A stretch of 64,000 nt of DNA from an uncultured Chlamydiae bacterium (GCA_963830365.1 CAWHMU010000046.1:32001-96000), one strand, 5' to 3'. Positions 44,663 through 55,866 are shown, numbered from the stretch's first letter. Notes: generated by a model not told the origin, from the letters alone. Made by a program: numbers and translations.

Positions 44663-47600
44663 CTAAACACCTAAAAGCTCGCGTGAACCATAGAGGCTTT
44701 GGATATTCCAGATGAGGTGGCAATTTTGTTGTCCGAGCAGGGCGGCATAAGCGCGCATTTCCACGGTGGACGACAGTTTACCGGCATGCTGGGCTAAGAA
44801 ATCGCGACGCGCGGCTTGCGCTATATCCAGTACTTTTTGCAGGCTTTTGCCATGGCCGGCGGGATCGCCCGAAGCTGTTAGGGTGGCAAGGTGCTTGGTG
44901 TAGCTGTCTACGAGCCGGTCGAAATACTGCTGCGCCTTGGCGGCCTTTTCCCTATCGCGCCCCATCTCGGCCAGTGTGGCGCGGCCGTCATTGATGGCTT
45001 TGGTGGCATGGCGATCGAAATCGCACAGCTCTTTAGCGTCCAGCTCCTGGTGGGATTTCTTACCTTCAGGAAAGATGGTGCGGCGGTTTTTCAGGAATGG
45101 CTCAAGGGTGTCGACCACGCCTTGCCATGCGGCTTGCAGCTTTTCATCTATGGCCACATCGGGGGCGATATTTTTGAAAAGCGCTGGGGAGCCGGCCTTC
45201 ATCTCAGCTTGGGCCTGCATTAACCGCTGTTCAAATTGCGTAATGAAATGCCCTTTGATAAGAGCTGCCGCCTCTGCATCATTTGGCACTTGCTTTAGCT
45301 GGACGAGGAAATCACTTTCAGGCTGCCGCGCGGCCGTCTGCTGCAAGGCAGATGCCAGAAGCGCTGTGCTTTGCTCCACGGCGGCTATGAAACTATGCAA
45401 TGTTTTAGCGTTAGTGCTGGCCCGTATTTTGGCTGCCAAATCACTTTCGGCGCGCGCCTTGGCAGATGCCAGCGCATAGGAATGGGCGAATTGGGGTCCG
45501 TGCACAAGCTCTAGTTTAGGGCGCCAGCCGGCGCTTAGCTGCCTGTATTTGTTCCCTGTTAAATTGATGGCCTCCCCTTCGACAGATTTGGCGAGCGCGT
45601 TGAATTCCTCCAGAGCGGCGGCGGCTTTGTCAATGCCGTAACGGTCGTTCTTGAGGCGCCGCTGTTCATCAATCACGACGCTTTCGTATTGCTTAAGATC
45701 GCTTAGGGTGAGATCTGATATGCGCGTTGGCTTTGCGCGCAGCCAGCCTACATCGTAGCTGGTTTTCAGTTTCTGCAGGCGCTGGCTGGTGGCTGCCAGT
45801 TCTTGGCTGACGGCTTTGCAGTCTAGGACAGTGCCGGCCACTGCCAAGGTGGCTAATTTGGCCTTTCGTTGCTCTACTTCGGCTAGCATGGCATCGATAG
45901 ACTGGGCGGCGGCCTGTTTCCTGACCCTTTGCCCTTCGGCCGTCGCATCCGCTATCGCCTGTAGCTTGGCCTGCATGATGGCGAGCTTTTCGGCAAAATC
46001 CTTGATGTCGGTTTTATGGTCGAAGGCATATTTATCGATCTCGACGGCAGCGATATTTTTTTCCAGTTCGTCAGTCAATTCATCCACACTTTTCTTACTA
46101 TCGCTCTCTATAGTCCATTCGATGGCATTTGCTAAAACGTTGCCGAAGTCCATAAGTTGCGGCAGGATTAATTCCAACTCATGTCTGGCTTGATTAAGCA
46201 CCTCACCCTGTTCCACCCAGCGCCAGGCTGGCAGATTGATCTGGCCAAGCGGTAGTTCCTGCCCATCCACAGCCTTGACAGTAGGTAGCGGCAGCTTGGC
46301 GGCCACCGTTTGATATATTTCTTTGGCTGTTTCTGAGGCGAAATCATCATGGATGATGTTTTGGAAAAACTCTTTCTGGATCTCGATATGCTTTTGCAGC
46401 TGTGGTTGGGAAAATAGGCGCGCGAAATCCTTGGCCACGAGGGCATCGAATTCTAGGCGGATCTTTGCCATGGCATGCCAGAACATAACCTTTTGATAGG
46501 CGGCATGCTGTGCCGGCTGCCATGTGTCGGCATTTTTGTCGTTAAGCTCTTGGAGCTGCTGATGTATTTCTGTAAGTGTCATGAACGATGAGATCTGTGC
46601 GCGCTTATATTTATCAGGCGCCAGCAGATCATAGGCTTTTTGCAGGTGTTCGATGATGCGATCTAGAGAGGCGGCATCCAAATAATTATCGGCCGGCTCA
46701 TCAGTGAGCTCTGCTAATTTCTGCATCGACAGATCATTAAATTTCTGCCTCATCAGATAATTCAAATAGCTTTCAGTAGAAGGCTTCTCATTAGGAGGTA
46801 GAGATGACAGGTACGCCGCTTGCCCGCTCTCATCCGTCAAGGCGTAGTTTTTTACATATTCCACCAGCTGTAATACTGAATCCTTATGTAAGGCGCAAAT
46901 TTCTTGGTAGAGGCTGTTTTCTGCAGGGCCCCATTTAGAACCCAGCTTGCCTTTAGAATAATCGAGAAATTCCATTACATCTATAAGGTTCATAGACTTA
47001 ACGCCATTAAACAACCTCGCATTCCCCGACTTTATATCGAGTAGCGTGTATTCGCTTACCCCAAATACCGAGGATACGGGTTCCAGTTTAAAGAGCTTAT
47101 TAAACAACTCATCCATCTTTTCAACATGCGCATTTAGCTTTTCCCGAATCGAATGCAATCGGTCGGCAGAGGTAAGCTCATTATGCATAATGCCCCTCAG
47201 CTTCTCATCAATCGTATTGGCAACTTGATAGGCTGCCGCGTTGGCCGCCCAGGCGGCTGGAGTTGGTGCGCTACAGCGAATTTTCTCTGCCAACGCATAG
47301 AGTTGGTTGGCTCTGGCTGTATGCAGGGCAGCCAATTGAATTTTTTGGGCATCCGGCGGGTTGGTATAATTTTCATCCGGATAGCCCCTAGGAAGAGCAT
47401 TTACATGCTGCATGATGGCCTGATGCAGCGCGAACTGCTGCTGAAAATATTGCAGCGCTACATAGCCCCTCTGCCCTACGTCTGCCAGTTTTTTTAATAA
47501 AGCCGCCTTGCCGCCTTCAAAGTCGGCCGCGGCGACATGCTGCAAGGAGGCTTTGCCCTCGGCAATTTCCGCTTTAAATTTACCGATCTGCTCTGCCGCG

Positions 47601-48370
47601 ACCGGAAATTTAACAATTCCAGCCTCAAACTGCCCTAAATAGGCGCTCAGCGCATCGACTTGTTTAGCAAGTTCCTCGGTTTGGCGCGCTTGCTCGAATT
47701 GATTTGGGTCTATCGCAGAGGCCTGTTCAGCTTTGGCCGGGACTTCGTCAACAGCATGTTGAGATATTGGCATGCGTTCATTGAGCAGCTTAGCTTCTGC
47801 AATAACATTGTCGAGGTCACTATTAAGTCTTTTATAATCATTAAGGGTTGGATGACCGCTGAAAGCATGTTGAAGGGCATCTTTGCTGCCGACAAGTCTG
47901 GCTATTACATCCTTTACTTCCTGCTGTAAGGCAGGGAAATTTGTAAGCTTGGCTGCCATGGCCGCTAATTTCTCCAGCTGCAGATCGGCTTTGGCAAATC
48001 TAGGGCTGGCCTTTTGTTGGTGTACCAGATGGCCGCGCAGCGTAAAGAACAAATGTGAAATTTTTTGGTCATTTTTGTGGACGATGTTTGTAATCTGATC
48101 CGAAAGTGATTTGGCATTTACCTGCACGCTGTCGTGGCCTTCAACCCGTACGCGGAAATCTTTATTAAACAGCCAGCTGATGAAATGCGCAAAAGCGCCT
48201 TGCGCCACAATTTGGGTATTTACCGTGCCGTCGGGATCGACTTTTACGCGCAGCTGCTGCCATTCGCCAGAATCGGCCTTTTTCCAGGCAGAGGCTATCA
48301 CTTGCTGATTAAGACTAAAGGCTTGTTGAGGATTGGATTGGCTAACAGAAGGCATAAAACCACCATGCAT
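44663..48370 (-). CDS. Large alpha-helical/coiled-coil hypothetical protein (effector-like)
   Basis: 1235-aa ORF, S/Q-rich N-terminus, A/Q/L/K-rich body; true start may be 48355. Confidence 0.85.
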   Translation of the reverse strand: MHGGFMPSVSQSNPQQAFSLNQQVIASAWKKADSGEWQQLRVKVDPDGTVNTQIVAQGAFAHFISWLFNKDFRVRVEGHDSVQVNAKSLSDQITNIVHKNDQKISHLFFTLRGHLVHQQKASPRFAKADLQLEKLAAMAAKLTNFPALQQEVKDVIARLVGSKDALQHAFSGHPTLNDYKRLNSDLDNVIAEAKLLNERMPISQHAVDEVPAKAEQASAIDPNQFEQARQTEELAKQVDALSAYLGQFEAGIVKFPVAAEQIGKFKAEIAEGKASLQHVAAADFEGGKAALLKKLADVGQRGYVALQYFQQQFALHQAIMQHVNALPRGYPDENYTNPPDAQKIQLAALHTARANQLYALAEKIRCSAPTPAAWAANAAAYQVANTIDEKLRGIMHNELTSADRLHSIREKLNAHVEKMDELFNKLFKLEPVSSVFGVSEYTLLDIKSGNARLFNGVKSMNLIDVMEFLDYSKGKLGSKWGPAENSLYQEICALHKDSVLQLVEYVKNYALTDESGQAAYLSSLPPNEKPSTESYLNYLMRQKFNDLSMQKLAELTDEPADNYLDAASLDRIIEHLQKAYDLLAPDKYKRAQISSFMTLTEIHQQLQELNDKNADTWQPAQHAAYQKVMFWHAMAKIRLEFDALVAKDFARLFSQPQLQKHIEIQKEFFQNIIHDDFASETAKEIYQTVAAKLPLPTVKAVDGQELPLGQINLPAWRWVEQGEVLNQARHELELILPQLMDFGNVLANAIEWTIESDSKKSVDELTDELEKNIAAVEIDKYAFDHKTDIKDFAEKLAIMQAKLQAIADATAEGQRVRKQAAAQSIDAMLAEVEQRKAKLATLAVAGTVLDCKAVSQELAATSQRLQKLKTSYDVGWLRAKPTRISDLTLSDLKQYESVVIDEQRRLKNDRYGIDKAAAALEEFNALAKSVEGEAINLTGNKYRQLSAGWRPKLELVHGPQFAHSYALASAKARAESDLAAKIRASTNAKTLHSFIAAVEQSTALLASALQQTAARQPESDFLVQLKQVPNDAEAAALIKGHFITQFEQRLMQAQAEMKAGSPALFKNIAPDVAIDEKLQAAWQGVVDTLEPFLKNRRTIFPEGKKSHQELDAKELCDFDRHATKAINDGRATLAEMGRDREKAAKAQQYFDRLVDSYTKHLATLTASGDPAGHGKSLQKVLDIAQAARRDFLAQHAGKLSSTVEMRAYAALLGQQNCHLIWNIQSLYGSRELLGV

Positions 48371-48476
48371 TTGTTGATAGTTAATTAAACAAGAAACACT
48401 AATCGTTATTATAGATTATATTTACACTCAAAAACAAGCTTTTAAACATATTAAACTTAATATCACCTATCTAAAG

Positions 48477-48704
48477 GTATCCGTTCACGGGGACGGAAAC
48501 CATACATCAGGCCTTCAGCCTGAGTTTTTTATATATTCCACCTAGGCATTGCCCTAGGCTTTTATAAATCAGGCTTTCAGCCTGAATACTATTGTCAGGG
48601 TAACGCCCTGAAATATAATAGCCTAGGGCAACGCCCTAGGTAAAACATACAAATATCTCAGGCTGAAGTCCTGATGTCTAATTTTCCACCCCGTGAACGG
48701 ATAC
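48477..48704. repeat. Palindromic MITE/REP composite
   Basis: Perfect ends GTATCCGTTCACGGGG / CCCCGTGAACGGATAC; internal CAGGC-GCCTG and CCTAGGGCAACGCCCTAGG hairpins. Confidence 0.85.
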
Positions 48705-48888
48705 GGTTCATCCGGTTGATAGGACAAAGATATAAAACTCGGCATAGGCAAGTCCCTCTCTTTGTAGCGTCCAAGCGGTTTAACGCTGATATCTGGAAGG
48801 TAACGGTTGTCATAATTCGAAAAAAAAAGAACGATCTCTTATAATAGCTTTCTTTTTCTCACAGTAAATAGCTAAAAGGAGATCGTTC

Positions 48889-49767
48889 ATGTCTAATAAT
48901 AGCAATTCCAATCATTTCAAAAAACAACAACATAAAAACAGGCTTGGATATATCGATCCTACTGTTGCTGGCATCGATATAGGAGATAAGCTAATCCATG
49001 TAGCTATTCCTGATGGTAAAGGTGGTTCTTACGTGAGGGAATTTGGTACAACGACACCTCAACTCCGTGAAATAGTCAAAGTTCTTAAAGAGGCTAAAGT
49101 AGAAATTGGTGTTATGGAAGCTACGGGTGTTTATTGGATTCCCCTATATGAAATTATGGAAGAATCAGGCTTGATGCCTGTCTTAGTGGATGCTAAAAAT
49201 GTAAAAAATCCACCAGGGAGAAAAACTGATGTGGTGGATGCTCAATGGATCCAAACATTATATTCTTGTGGTCTATTAAGAGCTGCTTATCGCCCGCCAC
49301 GCGATCGTTTAAAATTGCGGGCGTATGTAAGACAGCGCATGAATGTCATCAAAACGAAGCAATATACACTTCTGCATATGGAAAAAGCCTTGCAGCTAAT
49401 GAATATCAAGCTGAGCACCGCTGTAAGCGATATAGCGGGAGTCTCCGGTTTAAATATAACACGAGCAATAGCAGCTGGTGAAAGAGATCCATATAAGTTA
49501 GCTGCAATGAGGAATAAGCTTTGCAAAAAAGAAGAGAGCCTATTTGTAGCAGCTCTGACAGGGAATTATCAAGATGAACATATTTTTTCGCTAAAGCAAG
49601 CCCTAGATCAATACGATTTTGCACATAAACAGCTGGACGCATGTGACGAATGCATTCAGAAGGAGCTTGAGCGATTTCCTGATGTAGTCAATACGCCTCC
49701 ACCAGAGAACCATAAGGATAAAAAAAAGCGTCCTCAGTTTTCTCAATTCAAAAAACCTAAGAAAAAT
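48889..49767 (+). pseudogene. IS110 family transposase, truncated by ISL3 insertion
   Basis: DEDD motifs GIDIG, MEATGVYW, KTDVVDA; C-terminal domain missing after 49767. Confidence 0.9.
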
Positions 49768-50556
49768 GGTTCATCCGGCAAATCGGTGCATAAGACAGGG
49801 TAGATAACAAAATGCAGTAGACAATAACTTGTCTCTTGGTAACCACACCGGGAGAAAAATCATGTCTACTGCAACGTTATTGTATCTGTTCGGAATTCAA
49901 AATGTCGAGTGTCATTCAACGGAATATGCGGGCGGAAAAATCATTTTCCACGCTGAAAGCTCTCGGAACAACTCCTCTTGTCCAAGATGCGGAGGAAACA
50001 ATGTATGTTTTCGGGGACAAAAGTGTCGAAAGCTGCGCATGGTTCCTTGGGGAAAAATGCCATGTTTTTTGTATCTGACCTTGAATAGAATTTCTTGCCA
50101 TGATTGCGGTAAGTGTTCTTGGCCGGTACCGGACTTTGTTCAAGGCAAACAACGAATGGTCCGTGCTTTTGTGGAGTATGTCCTTTGCCTTATTACAATA
50201 GGCACGATTTTAGGGGTTGCTCGATTTCTTGGGGTCGGTTGGGATTTGGTTAAAAACATCCACAAGGATCATCTGAAGAGGAAGTACCAAGAGACTCCTT
50301 TCGATGAGCTGGAGTTCTTAAGCATTGATGAATTCAGCATACGTAAAGGCCATAACTATATGACAATTTTTGTAGACATTCGAACGGGGCGTATTCTTCA
50401 TGCTGTCGAAGGTCGATCAAAACATGATGTGACCCCATTCCTCAGAGAATTGGCTGCAAAGGCAAAAAATCTTAAGGCGATCGCCATGGATATGAGCGGT
50501 CCTTTTGCCTCAGCTGTAGCATCAATCCTGCCAAAAGTAGACATCGTATTCGACCA
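49768..50556 (+). mobile_element. ISL3 family IS, left end plus truncated transposase (ATG 49862)
   Basis: GGTTCATCC left end; CPRC/CHDC zinc finger, SIDEFSIRKGHNY, AMDMS, IVFD. Confidence 0.9.
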
Positions 50557-50915
50557 ATTGCTTGGTATAGGTAATCTTGAAAACTATCTTTGCAATGAAT
50601 GCTCTGGCAATAGCACATCTATCTTTACGAGGTCTTCCATCGTTGAATCTCGTCGAAGGAATAAACTCTTCGATATACACCAATTCTAAAATAGCTATCA
50701 ATCGTTTATGGGTTTTAGACAACTCTCCTAGCGATTCTTCCATCTTAGGGAAAAGAGTGTATTGGACATTAGACCAGAATTTTGATAAAGTTTCTCTGAA
50801 AGACATTTTTGGCTCCCTCGGTACTGAGTTTGTAAGAAGCCTCATAATACCTTGTGGAGCCTTTTTATTGCAATGATTATTTAAAATAATATATTGTCAC
50901 TTCTGCAATTGTCTC
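50546..50915 (-). mobile_element. IS5/IS1182-like transposase N-terminal fragment with its left end
   Basis: LFP...GELS...GRPRKDR..IARAFIAK motif; candidate end GAGACAATTGCAGAAG at 50915. Confidence 0.7.
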
Positions 50916-51089
50916 GATGGGGTTAAGCAGTCAATTTACTGTTCTCGTAGCTGCGGCTGTCTTCGCTTTCGCTCGCAAGCCTTAGCTGACGGGCTACAAA
51001 GAGATGGGTTTGTCCATGCCTTGCTTCACATCTTTAACCTGCAAAAAATGATGAACCACTTTTCAATCACTCATTATGTATGATGAGCC

Positions 51090-51169
51090 TCATTACTTCT
51101 CATATTTCAACCATCAATTACTAAGGCTTTTTGACGAATCATCATGGACAGGTACTCATTTGTGTGATG
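51090..51169 (-). mobile_element. Fragment of the 31646 MITE (inverted)
   Basis: Near-identical reverse complement of ~31650-31729. Confidence 0.8.
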
Positions 51170-51376
51170 CTTCATCTTGCATTGGCACAGTTCATGCATT
51201 AACCAAAAGAGAAATATTAATTAGCTTATATTTGAATAATAATTAGTATTTTGATAGCATTGAATTAAAGAGATAGACAAACAGTTACCATTAAGTGTGC
51301 TAGTATCCAACGTCACTTATTTCTATGTAGGATAAGTGCAAAGAATTCCAAGACCCCTTTACAAAGGAGAGTCGTT

Positions 51377-51514
51377 ATGAAGGGATCAGAAGACCATAAG
51401 AGTAATAAGAAAAAACCGAAATTGACGCTGATCGAAAAACGTCAACGCAAACGCGAGAAAAAATTCCTTAAGACGCACCCCATCTCTGATGCGCGTGAAG
51501 TCTACGAGGAATAG
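51377..51514 (+). CDS. Small basic protein, 45 aa (below the ORF-track cutoff)
   Basis: AAGGAG RBS; MKGSEDHKSNKKKPKLTLIEKRQRKREKKFLKTHPISDAREVYEE. Confidence 0.7.
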   Translation: MKGSEDHKSNKKKPKLTLIEKRQRKREKKFLKTHPISDAREVYEE

Positions 51515-51669
51515 ACGATCGCTAGATAGATTGTTATGTCCATGCAGTTAACACTGCATGGCATAATGCTAGAGACGCATGTTACTGGCAATGCTTGGGT
51601 CTTATTTTATAAGAGCCAAAGCTTGCTGTAAGTGCCGTCTCTAGTTGTTTTTTACCCCTTGAAGTCAAC

Positions 51670-52398
51670 CTACTCCGTTTCGCCAGTAGGCGGCCGCTTG
51701 GAATCGGGGTTAATTGGATTGTATTGGCGATAACGGTCCACAAAAGCTTTGACAAGCTTGACTGTCGTTTCCTTGAGCTGCGTATCAAGATCTTTAGTTG
51801 TGGCAGGCACGATATCTTGATTTTCCCATGTGATCCCTTGCCAATAGCCGGCTGGACTGAAATTTTTGCGCATCACCTGAATCTGTTCGAAAAGACGGCC
51901 AGCGGCAAAGATGACATATTTGTCTTTCTCCACTGGATAGACGATAAGCAGCACATGAAAAAAAGGCAGTGGTGGTCCTTCGACCACTTCCGCCTGCGGC
52001 GTAAGATTTTCCTTGGAGAGGACTTCGCGGGCTTCCGACTCCAGTGCGGCTTGGTCAACATTAGGCACATTTTCGCCTTTTAGGATTTCGATGCTGACGC
52101 TGATATTGCTGGTGAGATAGCCGAGATAATCGTTTCCTTCCCATTTCTCATTGACAAAACCGACCACACCGGGCATGCCAAAGGGCTTGGCCATGATCGG
52201 CAAGAGCTCTTTTGGGTGCAGTGTCAACGGTATAACACTCTTTTTTTCATTTTTTTGCACTGGTGAATGCAACGGCTGCGCGCCAGGCGGCTGTGATGAC
52301 CCATGGGAGGAAGAGGAAGAGCCTGCGGCAAAGAGCGTTTGACAAACCATAAGACAGCTCGCGCTGGCAATCCAGAGGCGGCGTTTAGCTAAAAACAT
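51670..52398 (-). CDS. Exported hypothetical protein
   Basis: Signal peptide, globular composition. Confidence 0.8.
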   Translation of the reverse strand: MFLAKRRLWIASASCLMVCQTLFAAGSSSSSHGSSQPPGAQPLHSPVQKNEKKSVIPLTLHPKELLPIMAKPFGMPGVVGFVNEKWEGNDYLGYLTSNISVSIEILKGENVPNVDQAALESEAREVLSKENLTPQAEVVEGPPLPFFHVLLIVYPVEKDKYVIFAAGRLFEQIQVMRKNFSPAGYWQGITWENQDIVPATTKDLDTQLKETTVKLVKAFVDRYRQYNPINPDSKRPPTGETE

Positions 52399-52420
52399 AG
52401 TCTCATTCCTTAGATTATTT

Positions 52421-53098
52421 TTATTTCTTGGTAGGCGCCTTTATATTGCTGTCACCGGTAATGCTAAAGGAATTGACGAAGAAATCCAATTCTTGCGCAC
52501 TAGAGACTTCATCTTTAGTGATCAAGCTGATCACATATAGCGTATCCTCGTGCGCAAACACCTTGCCACTGATAACCACCTCGCCATTTGTCAATGAGAA
52601 ATCCAGGCCGCTGAACTGGCGAAAATTCCCCATATTCATCATTTTAAGCTTATTGTCCTTGTTGCGCATGAGCATATCGTTGATGACGCCCTTTAAAGTC
52701 TCTTCCAAATTACTGTCGTCAATGTTGCGTGGAAAAGCAATAGAGCTGATCATAAAGGCTTGGCCGCGATCATCGGCAGCTACGAAGGTGTCATATTTAA
52801 CGCGCTCTTTAGTCTTTGGATCAATGAATGTATCGGTTGCATGCTGTGGCAGGGCTGGAAACAAAGCTTTAAAATGCCCCGCCGGTGAGATAAATTCACG
52901 CCATTTATGGAATTCTGTGGGCGTGTTGTTGGCTGCCTCCGGCAGGCTATTTTCGCTGCTGGACATAATCTCAGCGGCAGGCTTTTGCATATGGCGCATC
53001 ACTTGAAAAGCCATGATGGCGATAAAGACGGTAATCAGCACAGTCAGCGTTTTAGACATACTAAGCTCGCAGTTCGCCATTGATGCAGGCGTTATCAT
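52421..53098 (-). CDS. Membrane-anchored periplasmic hypothetical protein
   Basis: N-terminal TM segment; W.EF.S..G.F...FP motif; true start may be 53059. Confidence 0.78.
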   Translation of the reverse strand: MITPASMANCELSMSKTLTVLITVFIAIMAFQVMRHMQKPAAEIMSSSENSLPEAANNTPTEFHKWREFISPAGHFKALFPALPQHATDTFIDPKTKERVKYDTFVAADDRGQAFMISSIAFPRNIDDSNLEETLKGVINDMLMRNKDNKLKMMNMGNFRQFSGLDFSLTNGEVVISGKVFAHEDTLYVISLITKDEVSSAQELDFFVNSFSITGDSNIKAPTKK

Positions 53099-53221
53099 TC
53101 ATATATAATATTTCAAATAAACACGCAAGCCCAATGTCTCTTGGCGAAAAAAGTTGGCGGAAATCACTTTGGCTTGTAGTATACCAAGCAAACTGGTCAT
53201 CACCCGTTTCATAAGGACATC

Positions 53222-54907
53222 ATGCGCAGCTGCTTTAAATTCATGCCATTAGCTACTCTCGTTGCTCTGCTTTGCAGCAGCTGTTCGCTTGAGGAATCAA
53301 AAGAGCAATCAAACACTGATGGCTCAAAAACGGCGGTCTATCAAAGTGCGTCCTCACAAAAAAAACCGTCGCGCCCGCTGAAAATCGCTACCACCGAAGA
53401 TCCCGTATCGTTCGATTCCCGCATCGTCAGGGATTTATATTCAGCAACCTACATGCGCCTGCTTTACGAAGGACTCACCCGCGCCGATAGCCAAGGCGTC
53501 ATCCAACCCGCTATCGCCGAAAAAATTGCCATCTCTGATGATTTAAAGACCTACACCTTCACGCTGCGCAAGTCCAACTGGTCTGACGCCTCCCCCCTTA
53601 CCGCCCACGATTTTGTCGAAACGTGGCAATCGATGTTATCCCCGGCTTTTCCCGCACCCAATGCCTATCAGCTATACCTGATCAAAGGTGCTAAAGATGC
53701 TAAAGAAGGGCGACTGGACGTGGCAGACATCGGCGTCAAAGCCACAAGCCCGGATACCCTCGTTGTTGAACTAGAACAACCCACGCCCTATTTCCTCGAG
53801 ATGACCTCCTGCCATTTTTACTTCCCTGTCCACTCCCAGCTGCGCCAGCCTGCCGCCGCCAGCCAAAGCAATCAACTAAAGGCCCTCGTCAGCAACGGTC
53901 CCTTCAGCCTTGCCCATCACATACAACGCAACGAATTCGCCGTCATAAAAAACCCCCTCTACTGGGATAAGGAAGCCGTAAAAATCGATGGCATTGCCTT
54001 CCAAATCCTTGATGAACATACTGCCCTGCAGCTGTTTAAAGCGGGCGATCTCGACTGGGCCGGCTCGCCCCTATCGACCCTGCCCCAGGATGCCGTGGCT
54101 TCGCTCAAAGCTCAAGGCTGGCTGAATGTCGCGCCTGGCAGCGGCACGCACTGGTTCCGTTTCAACACGGGCCGCCCCCCCTTCGACAATGAAAAACTGA
54201 GGCGCGCCTTCGCCCTGGCTATAGACCGTCAGGCCATTGTGGAGCATGTGACGCAAGGCAACCAGCAGCCCGCCATCGGCATCGTGCCGCCGGCTTTCGG
54301 CATCGATAACCGACATTATTTTGCCGACCATGATAGCGCAGCTGCTAAAGCTCTCTTCGCGCAGGCCCTCGCCGACATGCATCTCACACCAAGCCAGCTG
54401 CCCAGAATCAGCCTCTATTATGCCGCTACTGACCGCAACCACAAAATCGCCCAAGCGGTACAGCAGCAGTGGAACAAGACTTTTAACATCGATATTGCTT
54501 TGGAAAGTACCGAAGCGCAGGTGCTGCTGGACAAACTGCGCCAAGGCACCTACCAGATCAGCTTGGGATCGTGGTATGCCGACATCCAGGACCCCATTAA
54601 CTTCCTTGAGATCTTTAAATCCAAACAGAACCCCACCAACCAGACCTCTTGGGAAGATCCCGCCTATACTCAACTGCTCGAGCAGTCGTCACTGGCAAAA
54701 GACCCCTCCACCCGCCTGCAGCTGATGGCCGAGGCCGAGAAAAAGCTCATTGCCGCCATGCCCGTGGCCCCCCTCTTCCATTCGGCCTATAACTACCTTA
54801 AAAACGGGCAAGTGGCCGGCGTCTATTTCTCCCCCTTAGGGTATCTGGATTTTAAAGTCGCCTACATCATCCCTAAATCAACCCTTCAAAGCAGCGAAAA
54901 ACCGTAA
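53222..54907 (+). CDS. oppA: Oligopeptide ABC transporter substrate-binding lipoprotein
   Basis: Lipoprotein-like signal peptide, LYEGL, YTFTLR..WSD, NGPF, KNPLYWD. Confidence 0.93.
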   Translation: MRSCFKFMPLATLVALLCSSCSLEESKEQSNTDGSKTAVYQSASSQKKPSRPLKIATTEDPVSFDSRIVRDLYSATYMRLLYEGLTRADSQGVIQPAIAEKIAISDDLKTYTFTLRKSNWSDASPLTAHDFVETWQSMLSPAFPAPNAYQLYLIKGAKDAKEGRLDVADIGVKATSPDTLVVELEQPTPYFLEMTSCHFYFPVHSQLRQPAAASQSNQLKALVSNGPFSLAHHIQRNEFAVIKNPLYWDKEAVKIDGIAFQILDEHTALQLFKAGDLDWAGSPLSTLPQDAVASLKAQGWLNVAPGSGTHWFRFNTGRPPFDNEKLRRAFALAIDRQAIVEHVTQGNQQPAIGIVPPAFGIDNRHYFADHDSAAAKALFAQALADMHLTPSQLPRISLYYAATDRNHKIAQAVQQQWNKTFNIDIALESTEAQVLLDKLRQGTYQISLGSWYADIQDPINFLEIFKSKQNPTNQTSWEDPAYTQLLEQSSLAKDPSTRLQLMAEAEKKLIAAMPVAPLFHSAYNYLKNGQVAGVYFSPLGYLDFKVAYIIPKSTLQSSEKP

Positions 54908-54924
54908 CTCATGCACCGCCACTT

Positions 54925-55866
54925 ATGATCCGACTGCTCGCGCGCAAATTCCTCTATGCCAGCCTCTCGCTGTTTGTCGTACTCACCCTCACCTTTTGCC
55001 TGATGAAATCCATCCCGGGCGACCCCTTCCAGCAGGAACAGGCCCTGCCCAAAGAAATCTATGAGGCTCTGCGCGAGCACTATGGATTGAACGATTCCAT
55101 ACTCAGGCAATACGGACGCTACCTCAGCCAGCTCCCCACCATGGATTTCGGTCCCTCATTGATATATAAAGAAAGAAGTGTCGTTGATATCATCAAGACA
55201 GGCCTGCCGACGTCCGCTGCCCTCGGCGCAGAAGCCCTGCTGCTGGCCGTCCCTCTTGGACTGCTTTTCGGCACATGGGCTGCATTGAAGCAAAACCGCT
55301 GGCAGGACACGTTAATCATCGTAGCCGCCGTCATCGGCATATCCCTGCCAAGTTTCATCCTGGCCACCCTCTTGCAGTACATCTTCGGCATCAAACTGCA
55401 CCTGCTGCCCATCGCCCGCTGGGGCTCGTTTGCACATACCATCCTGCCGGCCTTGTCGCTGGCAGCCCTGCCCATGGCCTTTATTGCCCGCATGACGCGC
55501 GCCAAGATGATCGAGGAACTGTCGCAACCCTATATCGCCACTGCCCGTGCCAAAGGACTATCAGAAAGCCGTATCGTCTTTGCACATGCTATGCGCAATA
55601 TCCTGACGCCGGTATTGGGCTATCTCGGCCCCCTCACCGCCAACATCCTCACCGGCAGCTTCATCGTCGAAAAAATCTACGGCATCCCCGGCCTCGGCTA
55701 TTGGTTTGTCACAAGCGTACTCAATCGCGACTACCCCCTCATCATGAGCATTACCGTGTTTTACTGCACCCTGCTGCTCTTGACAGCCTTTGTCGTCGAT
55801 GCCGCCTGCCTGCTGCTAGATCCACGCCTGGCCAATGCCGCCAGCACACCCAAGGGGGCCATATGA
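54925..55866 (+). CDS. oppB: Oligopeptide ABC permease
   Basis: PGDPF, TARAKGL, HAMRN, IPGLG, RDYP, DPR. Confidence 0.94.
   Translation: MIRLLARKFLYASLSLFVVLTLTFCLMKSIPGDPFQQEQALPKEIYEALREHYGLNDSILRQYGRYLSQLPTMDFGPSLIYKERSVVDIIKTGLPTSAALGAEALLLAVPLGLLFGTWAALKQNRWQDTLIIVAAVIGISLPSFILATLLQYIFGIKLHLLPIARWGSFAHTILPALSLAALPMAFIARMTRAKMIEELSQPYIATARAKGLSESRIVFAHAMRNILTPVLGYLGPLTANILTGSFIVEKIYGIPGLGYWFVTSVLNRDYPLIMSITVFYCTLLLLTAFVVDAACLLLDPRLANAASTPKGAI

Larger units (their letters stand above)
48705..51057. mobile_element. GGTTCATC-ended element enclosing three IS remnants
   Basis: 48705-48768 is an imperfect inverted repeat of 50993-51057 (GGTTCATC...TCTCTTTGTAGC); no TSD seen. Confidence 0.6.

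Noticed and set aside
55275..55862. N-terminal extension of the 494-aa ORF
   Set aside because: Overlaps oppB out of frame; the real oppC starts at 55863
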